From: a bacterium
Lineage (GTDB): Bacteria; Patescibacteriota; Patescibacteriia; Patescibacteriales; Patescibacteriaceae
Assembly (NCBI GenBank): GCA_035411265.1
Contig: DAONSQ010000001.1
Location: forward strand, 1-56,909
Direction of reading: 5' to 3'
DNA: 56,909 nucleotides
Shown: positions 26,720 to 33,604 of the stretch, in pieces
How the letters are laid out: the number at the start of each line of letters is the position of its first letter
Position numbering within the stretch: the stretch's first letter is position 1
The notes under the pieces: generated by a model
Database searches by the model: none
What the model was told of the DNA's origin: nothing
The model's input: the letters and a program-made list of their open reading frames with translations, nothing else
Made by a program: the position numbers and the translations under genes

Positions 26720-27262
26720 CTACTGCGCCGCAAACTGGCAACCGCAATATTTTTGCCGATAAAGCCCTAATTCTTTTGATAGGATAATTGATTTTTGATA
26801 GCCACTATCTTTTTGAAAATTAGTTGCTAGATATTTAACTTGTTCTTGATTGGCAATTATTTCACCAATTTGATTAATCGCTTCTTTGTCTTTATAGGGA
26901 CTAACCGTCAGGCTGGTGGCAAAGTAATCAAAGCCGTCTCGACTGGCACGCTCAGCAGTCTTTTTTAAGCGCCAGCCATAACACAACCGACAACGCCGAC
27001 CTCTTTCCGGTTCACTAGCCAATGGCTGAGCTTTCTTAAGCCAAGCAGTTTGATCGCTATCATCAACAATTATTGGCAAGTTATAGGCTATGGCTACTTG
27101 CTCAGCTGCCGCTAAACGCCTTTGCCATTCCTCCTCTGGCCAAATATTGGGATTATAAAAATATAAGACTACCTGATATTCATCCATCAGGCTCTTGGCA
27201 GACCAAGTTGCACATGGTCCGCAACAGATATGTAATAATAATTTTGGTTTAACATTAGTCAT
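26720..27262 (-). CDS. queH: Epoxyqueuosine reductase QueH (DUF208)
   Basis: LLLHICCGPCA motif and C-terminal YCGC. The ORF-track start 27307 is a GTG. ATG 27262 follows the upstream stop directly (TAATATG junction). Confidence 0.8.
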   Translation of the reverse strand: MTNVKPKLLLHICCGPCATWSAKSLMDEYQVVLYFYNPNIWPEEEWQRRLAAAEQVAIAYNLPIIVDDSDQTAWLKKAQPLASEPERGRRCRLCYGWRLKKTAERASRDGFDYFATSLTVSPYKDKEAINQIGEIIANQEQVKYLATNFQKDSGYQKSIILSKELGLYRQKYCGCQFAAQ

Positions 27263-27263
27263 A

Positions 27264-27551
27264 TTATTTTGCCAAACGAATAATTTTCCGCCGACTAGTT
27301 TGGCCACTAATAATTTTTAAATCTTGAGTACGGCAACCAACTTCATTAGCTAACCATTTTAACAAGGCTTCATTAGCACGATTATCGCTAGCTGGCTCTT
27401 TCAGGCCAACCTTCCAGCTCCCATCAGCCAATTGGCCTTGCCAGCCTTGACGCGGACAATTAACCACCGCCTTAATTGTAATTGACCAACTAAGGCCATT
27501 CGATATTTTCTTTTGCCAACTAACCAATTCTTGCTCACTCGGACCATTCAT
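27264..27551 (-). CDS. DUF167 (YggU-like) protein
   Basis: 95 aa. ...KVGLKEPASDNRANEALLKWLANEVG...ISGQTSRRKIIRL matches the UPF0235/DUF167 pattern. Confidence 0.7.
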   Translation of the reverse strand: MNGPSEQELVSWQKKISNGLSWSITIKAVVNCPRQGWQGQLADGSWKVGLKEPASDNRANEALLKWLANEVGCRTQDLKIISGQTSRRKIIRLAK

Positions 27552-27556
27552 AAAAG

Positions 27557-28810
27557 TTAATTCTTTTTGGCAAAAATTATCGCATTAGGGATATTGCGGC
27601 CTGGCCCCAACATATATTCGTCATTATAATAAAGCGCTGTCGAATAGCCCCCGTCTAAATTAAGCGCATACTCCATTCCTAACTCCTGCATCACCAAGGC
27701 CAAATCAGGTACAGTCGCTTTAGCCACTACCGCCAAATAAATCTTGTTATCTTTATAACCAATCGCATTACGCAAATATTTACCCTCAGTCTGCTGTTTA
27801 TCCAATTCCCAATCAATTAATAAATTTAATTTATTCTCAATTAATCGTGGCTTATTACCTAAAGCCGCCTGAACCTTAACGCCATATTGAGCTTCAAACT
27901 TAGCCACACTACCAAATTCTCGACTGTCTTTGAAATAATAAAACTTATTATTTTGGTCAAATACCATCATTGGTCCAGTCGTCCACCACTTTAATTGATT
28001 CTCGTTGATCATCAAGTTTAAACGACTGTTATAGACTGGAAAAAAATAATAATTGCGTTTAGCCGCACTAGTATCAAAATAAGTGGCGTTAATCGCCGCA
28101 AACCCTTGATTATCTTGAACGAATTCAGCTAACTCGCGCGCCGGACAAACACCAGAACAATTACTATCACTAGCGGTATCGGTAATTATTTTTAAATTAG
28201 GATCACTTAAATCAATCGTAATTAAGTCAGTTCGAAAAACCCCAGCCGTAGTGGTAACATATTTAATCTGATAGCTACTATACTCATCTAAACTTTCATC
28301 TAAGCCAGGTTTATGAATGCGAGCTAAATCAACTGTACTAATACCTAAACCTAATTGACGCATAATCTGAAAAGCATCAGCTGGCCGCCCCAGATAATAA
28401 CGCCGCAAATCAGTCGGATTAACATACCAAGCTTCCCCATTGTTTTCTACATCTAGCAGTATTTTTCCCTTAACCTGCTGAATTAAGTTCAAATCATAGG
28501 CCAAGGTACTAGTCGAACTATCAGTTGCCCAATCAATTGGCACAGTCGAAGAAGGAATTTGCGCTAATTTTTGACTAGTGATACCCAAACCTAATTGACG
28601 CATAATCTGAAAAGCATCAGCTGGCCGCCCCAGATAATAACGCCGTAAATCAGTCGGATTAACATACCAAGCTCGACCAGAGCGAGCGACATCTAATAGT
28701 ATTTTGCCTGACAATTTTTGACTCAAACTAGCCGCAGAAACCGTTTTTAGCTGAAAAATAAAAAACATTATCAAACTCAAGACAATGACGAGGCTTTTTC
28801 TTTTATTCAT
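27557..28810 (-). CDS. Secreted protein: two N-terminal repeat modules plus a phosphodiester-glycosidase (NAGPA/DUF2233-like) domain
   Basis: Signal peptide, two copies of GKILLDV...G.AWYVNPTDLRRYYLGRPADAFQIMRQLGLGI, then AAINATYFD ... YALNLDGGYSTALYYN. Confidence 0.75.
   Translation of the reverse strand: MNKRKSLVIVLSLIMFFIFQLKTVSAASLSQKLSGKILLDVARSGRAWYVNPTDLRRYYLGRPADAFQIMRQLGLGITSQKLAQIPSSTVPIDWATDSSTSTLAYDLNLIQQVKGKILLDVENNGEAWYVNPTDLRRYYLGRPADAFQIMRQLGLGISTVDLARIHKPGLDESLDEYSSYQIKYVTTTAGVFRTDLITIDLSDPNLKIITDTASDSNCSGVCPARELAEFVQDNQGFAAINATYFDTSAAKRNYYFFPVYNSRLNLMINENQLKWWTTGPMMVFDQNNKFYYFKDSREFGSVAKFEAQYGVKVQAALGNKPRLIENKLNLLIDWELDKQQTEGKYLRNAIGYKDNKIYLAVVAKATVPDLALVMQELGMEYALNLDGGYSTALYYNDEYMLGPGRNIPNAIIFAKKN
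28341..28433. repeat. Intragenic near-identical DNA repeat, copy A
   Basis: 93 bp, matching 28581..28673 at all but 2 positions (28346 T vs C, 28406 C vs T). Offset 240 bp, so in frame. Confidence 0.9.
28581..28673. repeat. Intragenic near-identical DNA repeat, copy B
   Basis: Partner of 28341..28433. Confidence 0.9.
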
Positions 28811-28871
28811 AGGTTTTCCTTTATTTAAAAATCAGCTATAATTTCATTATCAATTTAACATCTTTTAGCTT

Positions 28872-30386
28872 ATGCGTAAAATGCTAACTATCGCCTTTTC
28901 GGCCATAGTATTACTCTCTGGTTTAAAAGTTTCACCAGCTATCGCTGCTAGTCCTTTTGACGGCAAAATACTCTTAGCCGTTGAAGGCAAAGGCGAAGCC
29001 TGGTACATCAACCCAGCCGATAGCAAACGCTACTATCTTGGCCGACCAGCTGATGCCTTTCAAGTAATGCGTGGATTGGCTATCGGTATTAGCAATAATG
29101 ACTTCACTTTACTAGAAAAAAATAAGCTAGACCCCAAAAAAGCTAATCGTTTACTTGGACGAATTCTTCTAAAACCACAAGATAACGGCAAAGCTTATTA
29201 CTTTGAACCAAGTAAAAAGAAACTTCATTTTTTAGGCCGACCAACTGACGCCTTTAAGATAATGAAAGAGACCGCTGTTGGCGCTTCCAATGAACATATC
29301 AATCCAATTCCAGCCGGTACTTTAAAAATTTCACCCACCACCCCAACTCAAGCTGCTACCTCAACCACTGCCATCAGCCCAACCGCTAAAGTCTGGCGCT
29401 GGACCTGGAACAATCAAGATTATTTGATTCAACTTGAACTAACGAATACTTATTACAATTATTACAAGCAACAGCCTAAGGTTTTTTCTTATAGCGGCCA
29501 ACTGCCCAGTGATTGGCGCGACCGTTATTACAAACAATTCACCACTGGTACGGAGCAGGAAAAAATTATAATCCAGATTGTCGATCAATTGCGCCAACAG
29601 GCTAGTAAAAACAACCTAAATAATAGTCAGCTAGCTGAACTCGCCGCTACTTTTGTCCAATCAATTCCCTATGATCAAGCTCGTAGTGAGCTGATTGCCC
29701 AAAAATCAAACCAAGCCACTCCCAACTATCCCTATGAAACCCTTTACTTAAACAAGGGGGTTTGTACTGACAAATCACTTTTAGCTTGGATGATTTTCAA
29801 AAAATTAGGCTATGGTACTGCTTTGCTTTCCTACCCAGAAGCCAACCATATGGCCTTAGGTCTTAGCTGCCCTCAAGGCTCTACTAACTATAGCAGCGGC
29901 TTTTGCTATCTAGAAACCACTCAATATTATCGTATTGGCTTAATACCAAAAGATATTAGCGGTCAAGCAGCCAGCTCCACTGGTTCAACCTTGCCAAGCT
30001 GGCAAGCGAGTGGTAATCTAGCCACGCCGGAAATCTATCACACCAGCACTGGTGAAAACTGGACCGGTTTAGTTGATCTTAAAAATCTTTTACAACAATT
30101 AACTGACAAAAACCAAGAAATTAATACTCTACATCAACAAATCGAAGAACAAAAAATCCTAATTGATGCTCAACAAACTGAACTTCGAGCTCAATCACAA
30201 AGACTAGATGAATTAAAAACTGCTCGCAACATTAGTGAGTATAACGAACTTGTACCGTTTTATAATCGGGCTGTCCAAGCTTACGAACAAAATCGCCAAG
30301 ATTATAATACTAAAATCAATAATTATAATCAGTTAATCAAAGACTACAACAAACTCTTAGCCACTCTTCAACTCAGCAAAAATTAA
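28872..30386 (+). CDS. Secreted protein: two copies of the same repeat module, a transglutaminase-like Cys/His core and a C-terminal coiled coil
   Basis: Signal peptide; GKILLAVEGKGEAWYINPADSKRYYLGRPADAFQVMRGLAIGIS and a more diverged second copy; NKGVCTDKSLLAWMIFKKLGY ... EANHMALGL; the last ~100 aa are heptad-like and Q/N/E-rich. Confidence 0.7.
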   Translation: MRKMLTIAFSAIVLLSGLKVSPAIAASPFDGKILLAVEGKGEAWYINPADSKRYYLGRPADAFQVMRGLAIGISNNDFTLLEKNKLDPKKANRLLGRILLKPQDNGKAYYFEPSKKKLHFLGRPTDAFKIMKETAVGASNEHINPIPAGTLKISPTTPTQAATSTTAISPTAKVWRWTWNNQDYLIQLELTNTYYNYYKQQPKVFSYSGQLPSDWRDRYYKQFTTGTEQEKIIIQIVDQLRQQASKNNLNNSQLAELAATFVQSIPYDQARSELIAQKSNQATPNYPYETLYLNKGVCTDKSLLAWMIFKKLGYGTALLSYPEANHMALGLSCPQGSTNYSSGFCYLETTQYYRIGLIPKDISGQAASSTGSTLPSWQASGNLATPEIYHTSTGENWTGLVDLKNLLQQLTDKNQEINTLHQQIEEQKILIDAQQTELRAQSQRLDELKTARNISEYNELVPFYNRAVQAYEQNRQDYNTKINNYNQLIKDYNKLLATLQLSKN

Positions 30387-30391
30387 ACTAA

Positions 30392-31852
30392 ATGATTAGA
30401 AAAACCTCTTCAATTGAACTAATAAAACAACTGCCAGATTTCGTCCAACAAGCTCTAACCACTTTAGAAAATAATGGTTTTGAGGCTTTTGTCGTTGGCG
30501 GCTGTGTCCGCGATCTTTTAATGGGCAATGAACCAAAGGATTGGGATATCACCACTAATGCTCGGCCAGAAGAAATTCTAAAAATTTTTGCTGACAGCAA
30601 ATATGAAAACAACTTTGGTACAGTCATTGTTCCTTTTCATGGACTAGAAAATGTTCCAGTAGTTGAAATAACAACTTATCGCAGTGAAGCAGCCTATAAT
30701 GATCATCGCCACCCTAGCGAAGTCTCTTTTGAAGATAAGCTAGAGAATGACTTAAGCCGCCGTGATTTTACTATTAATGCCATGGCCATGGCCTTAAATG
30801 GTGAGATTGTCGACTATTATGGCGGTCAAAAAGACTTGGATAAAAAAGTTATCCGCACTGTTGGTGAACCCTTTGATCGCTTCAAAGAAGACGCTTTGCG
30901 ACTACTCCGCGCTATCCGTTTTAGCGGCCGTTTTAGCTTTGCTATCGAACCAAAAACTGAACGAGCCATGGTTAAACTGGCTGGTAGTATTAAGTTTATT
31001 GCCAACGAACGCATCCGCGATGAGATTATCAAAATCATTGCCGGTCCAAATCCTTATTATGGTTTTAAAAAATTACACGAAACCAAGCTTTTGCAATATA
31101 TTTTACCGGAATTAACAGCTGGCTATGGCATCGAGCAAAACCACCATCATGTGTATACAATTTTTGAACATAACCTTTTATCTTTAAAACATTGTCCGAG
31201 CAATGACCCAATGGTCCGCTTAGCCGCCCTACTTCACGATATTGGTAAAACTAAAGCTAAAAAAACCATTGCCGGCCAGATTACTTTTTATAATCACGAA
31301 TACATTAGCGCCAAACAAACCAAGAAAATAATGGAACGACTTCACTTTTCCAATCAAGACATTGACCGCGTGGTTAATTTAGTCCGTAACCACATGTTTT
31401 ATTATAATGTCGGCGAAGTTACTGAAGCTTCTGTTCGCCGCTTAATCGCCAAAACCGGTGAACAAAATCTAGCCGACTTAATCGACTTAAGAATTGCCGA
31501 TCGGCTTGGCTCAGGTACTGTCAAAGCCAAACCATACAAGCTTAGACATTTAGAATATATGTTTGATAAGGTTCGTCATGACCCCGTTTCCGTTAAAATG
31601 CTCAAAATTAATGGCCACGACTTGATGACCGAATTCAAGCTAGCTCCTGGACCACAAATCGGCGCTATCCTAGACGTTGTTTTGGCTGATGTCATTGAAA
31701 ATCCCGCCTTAAACGAGCGCCAAACTTTATTAGAATTAGTAAAACCGCTAACCAAACTTGATTTGGCCGAACTTAGACAACGCGCTAAAGAAGTTATTGA
31801 TGAAGAAAGACAGGCTGAAGACCAGGCTATCCGCCAGCAGCATCATGTTTAA
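30392..31852 (+). CDS. cca: CCA-adding tRNA nucleotidyltransferase with HD domain
   Basis: 486 aa. Pol-beta nucleotidyltransferase motif AFVVGGCVRDLLMG...DWD, RDFTINA, and the HD motif LLHDIGK. Confidence 0.9.
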   Translation: MIRKTSSIELIKQLPDFVQQALTTLENNGFEAFVVGGCVRDLLMGNEPKDWDITTNARPEEILKIFADSKYENNFGTVIVPFHGLENVPVVEITTYRSEAAYNDHRHPSEVSFEDKLENDLSRRDFTINAMAMALNGEIVDYYGGQKDLDKKVIRTVGEPFDRFKEDALRLLRAIRFSGRFSFAIEPKTERAMVKLAGSIKFIANERIRDEIIKIIAGPNPYYGFKKLHETKLLQYILPELTAGYGIEQNHHHVYTIFEHNLLSLKHCPSNDPMVRLAALLHDIGKTKAKKTIAGQITFYNHEYISAKQTKKIMERLHFSNQDIDRVVNLVRNHMFYYNVGEVTEASVRRLIAKTGEQNLADLIDLRIADRLGSGTVKAKPYKLRHLEYMFDKVRHDPVSVKMLKINGHDLMTEFKLAPGPQIGAILDVVLADVIENPALNERQTLLELVKPLTKLDLAELRQRAKEVIDEERQAEDQAIRQQHHV

Positions 31853-31903
31853 CTAGTTGAATTATCTCTTAATACGGTGTAAGCTATTTTTGTTTGATAA
31901 TTA

Positions 31904-31974
31904 GGGCTTATGGTCCAGTGGTATGACGCTGCATTCGCATTGCAGAGACGCGAGTTCGATTCTCGCTAAGTCCA
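31904..31974 (+). tRNA. tRNA-Ala (anticodon CGC)
   Basis: Cloverleaf: GGGCTTA/TAAGTCC acceptor with the G3:U70 alanine identity pair, CTGCA-TTCGCAT-TGCAG anticodon arm, GCGAG-TTCGATT-CTCGC T arm. No encoded CCA. Confidence 0.88.
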
Positions 31975-31978
31975 CTTT

Positions 31979-32054
31979 CGGGGTGTAGCGCAGTTGGTAG
32001 CGCGCAGCGTTCGGGACGCTGAGGTCGCCTGTTCGAATCAGGTCACCCCGACCA
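31979..32054 (+). tRNA. tRNA-Pro (anticodon CGG), CCA encoded
   Basis: CGGGGTG/CACCCCG acceptor (C1:G72 is typical of bacterial tRNA-Pro), CAGCG-TTCGGGA-CGCTG anticodon arm with G37, GCCTG-TTCGAAT-CAGGT T arm, then ACCA. Confidence 0.92.
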
Positions 32055-32068
32055 AATATATAAATTTT

Positions 32069-32548
32069 ATGATTACCTGCTCAACCGATAAAAGGATTCG
32101 GGCTGCCTCTATTATCATAAATAACGACAGCGTTTTACTTATTTATCGAAAACGTGAAGGCAAGGAATATTATGTTTTTCCTGGTGGTGGTGTTGAAAAA
32201 AACGAGACAATTGAACAAGCGGTTCTAAGAGAATTATTTGAGGAGACTAGTCTAAAAGCTGAAATTGATCGTCTTCTATATGTTCATAAATACGACAATA
32301 ACAGTGAGCAATATTTCTACTTACTAAAAAACCATTTGGGCGAACCAAAATTACACGAAAAAAGTATTGAAGCTGAAAGAAATTCTGAAAATAATTTTTA
32401 TGAACCTCTGTGGGTTAATCTTACAAAATTAAACGAACTAACACTTTACCCTTTAGAAATTAAGGCTTGGTTTGTTGATGATGTAAAAAATAACTTTACC
32501 AACTGCCCCAAAAAACAATTTATAAAGATATCAGAACGTTTAGATTAA
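32069..32548 (+). CDS. Nudix hydrolase
   Basis: Nudix box GGGVEKNETIEQAVLRELFEETSL. The ORF-track start 31994 lies inside tRNA-Pro. ATG 32069 (MITCSTDKRIRAASIII...) is used instead. Confidence 0.85.
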   Translation: MITCSTDKRIRAASIIINNDSVLLIYRKREGKEYYVFPGGGVEKNETIEQAVLRELFEETSLKAEIDRLLYVHKYDNNSEQYFYLLKNHLGEPKLHEKSIEAERNSENNFYEPLWVNLTKLNELTLYPLEIKAWFVDDVKNNFTNCPKKQFIKISERLD

Positions 32549-32554
32549 ATAAAA

Positions 32555-32586
32555 ATCCGAATTTGATAAATTTATCAAATTCGGAT
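32555..32586. terminator. Perfect 32-nt palindrome between the convergent Nudix and receiver genes
   Basis: ATCCGAATTTGATAAA/TTTATCAAATTCGGAT. The A-run on the left gives a U-run for the minus-strand transcript only. Confidence 0.6.
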
Positions 32587-32592
32587 TATGCC

Positions 32593-33069
32593 TTACTCTC
32601 TCAATACATGTTCTAAGTATCGAGATCGTGACTTTATTAAGTCACTAAATTTGTTATTAATTTCAACCCACATTTCTTTGTAGGTTGTATAATTTTTTAC
32701 CCCTCTAATACGGTGGTGGAGAACAAAATTTAATTCTGATTCAGAATTAACATAAACCGTTGGATCAAATAACAAATCTACAATGCCAAAAGTTTCGCCA
32801 TGACTATATATACCAGAAGTAATAATAAAAACTGGAATAAGTTTTTTAGCACACAATTTGAAAATTATTTCACCAGCTTTTGGATTAACTTCTTCGCCTG
32901 CATTAAGTGGCATCTGCATATCACAAATAACTGCCAAATAATGATTAACTTCAATTTTTTCAAGACCTTCTTTAACATTCGTAGTTAAATGAATTTCAAA
33001 ATCAAATTCTTTTAACGCTTCTACAGCAACTTCCCCATAATTATCTTCAACAATTAAAATTTTTTTCAT
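32593..33069 (-). CDS. Orphan CheY-like receiver-domain protein with an uncharacterised C-terminal tail
   Basis: 158 aa. MKKILIVEDN acidic pocket, putative phospho-acceptor Asp in LAVICDMQMP, and IPVFIITSG. SD GAGAGGA lies 5 nt upstream. No kinase and no output domain recognised. Confidence 0.65.
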   Translation of the reverse strand: MKKILIVEDNYGEVAVEALKEFDFEIHLTTNVKEGLEKIEVNHYLAVICDMQMPLNAGEEVNPKAGEIIFKLCAKKLIPVFIITSGIYSHGETFGIVDLLFDPTVYVNSESELNFVLHHRIRGVKNYTTYKEMWVEINNKFSDLIKSRSRYLEHVLRE

Positions 33070-33078
33070 TTTTTCCTC

Positions 33079-33459
33079 TCAAATTCTAAATTGCGAGTGC
33101 TCGCTATTTTTAATAACGAGACCAGAAAAATTTTCGAAATTTAATTGTTTCATTTGCTGCTTGTTAAAAATAATTGACTTATCAGGGTGACCGATTTTAG
33201 CCTTTATTTTTGAACAAAAGCAATTTTCATCATTACCCTGACAGCCACAGCCCAGATTGGTAACAAACCAAACATCGCCAAAACCATTATCACGCAGATG
33301 TTTAATCAGTGACATGGCGATTTGATCTGGTTCAAAACCCAATAACATGATTGGAGTTGCTCGGCCAGACAATTCGTGGGATAAGTTAAACAAACGAGAA
33401 AAAATGTTATAAACATCTTCTTCTCCTTTTAGGGCTACTTTTAATTCTCTAGTGATCAT
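33079..33459 (-). CDS. Hypothetical protein with a CGCQ...CFC cysteine cluster
   Basis: 126-aa ORF. ATG preceded by AGGAGG (33473..33468) at 8 nt, ends in TGA. No family recognised. Confidence 0.6.
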   Translation of the reverse strand: MITRELKVALKGEEDVYNIFSRLFNLSHELSGRATPIMLLGFEPDQIAMSLIKHLRDNGFGDVWFVTNLGCGCQGNDENCFCSKIKAKIGHPDKSIIFNKQQMKQLNFENFSGLVIKNSEHSQFRI

Positions 33460-33483
33460 AATAACTACCTCCTTTTATTATGT

Positions 33484-33504
33484 TGTAATGTACGAATCAT
33501 TACA
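33484..33504. promoter_or_regulatory. Operator-like palindrome TGTAATG-N7-CATTACA at the start of the minus-strand two-gene operon
   Basis: 7-bp perfect inverted repeat overlapping a candidate minus-strand promoter: TTGACA 33532..33527, 17 nt spacer, TAGGGT 33509..33504. Confidence 0.35.
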
Positions 33505-33544
33505 CCCTAGCTATTTTACCCAATCTTGTCAATGCTGCCAACCT

Positions 33545-33573
33545 TTGACTAAACGGTCTTTTTCCGCTATAAT
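33545..33573 (+). promoter_or_regulatory. Sigma70-type promoter for uvrA
   Basis: TTGACT (33545..33550), 17 nt spacer, TATAAT (33568..33573), 31 nt before the uvrA ATG. Confidence 0.6.
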
Positions 33574-33604
33574 ACCGCTTTAATTGAGTTGTTAAATTAT
33601 TATC

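Noticed and set aside
28341-28673. Near-identical 93-bp repeat pair as template/variable repeats of a diversity-generating retroelement
   Set aside because: Both copies are in-frame parts of the same CDS. The two differences are C/T transitions rather than adenine-specific. No reverse transcriptase or accessory gene is in the window.
31994-32068. N-terminal 25 codons of the track ORF 31994..32548
   Set aside because: They lie inside tRNA-Pro and begin at a non-ATG codon. The Nudix protein starts plausibly at ATG 32069.
31979-33604. tRNA-Pro-adjacent islet as an integrated mobile element
   Set aside because: No integrase or recombinase is present, and I could not find a direct repeat of the tRNA-Pro 3' end at the far boundary. 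It is kept as a compositional islet, not called a mobile element.
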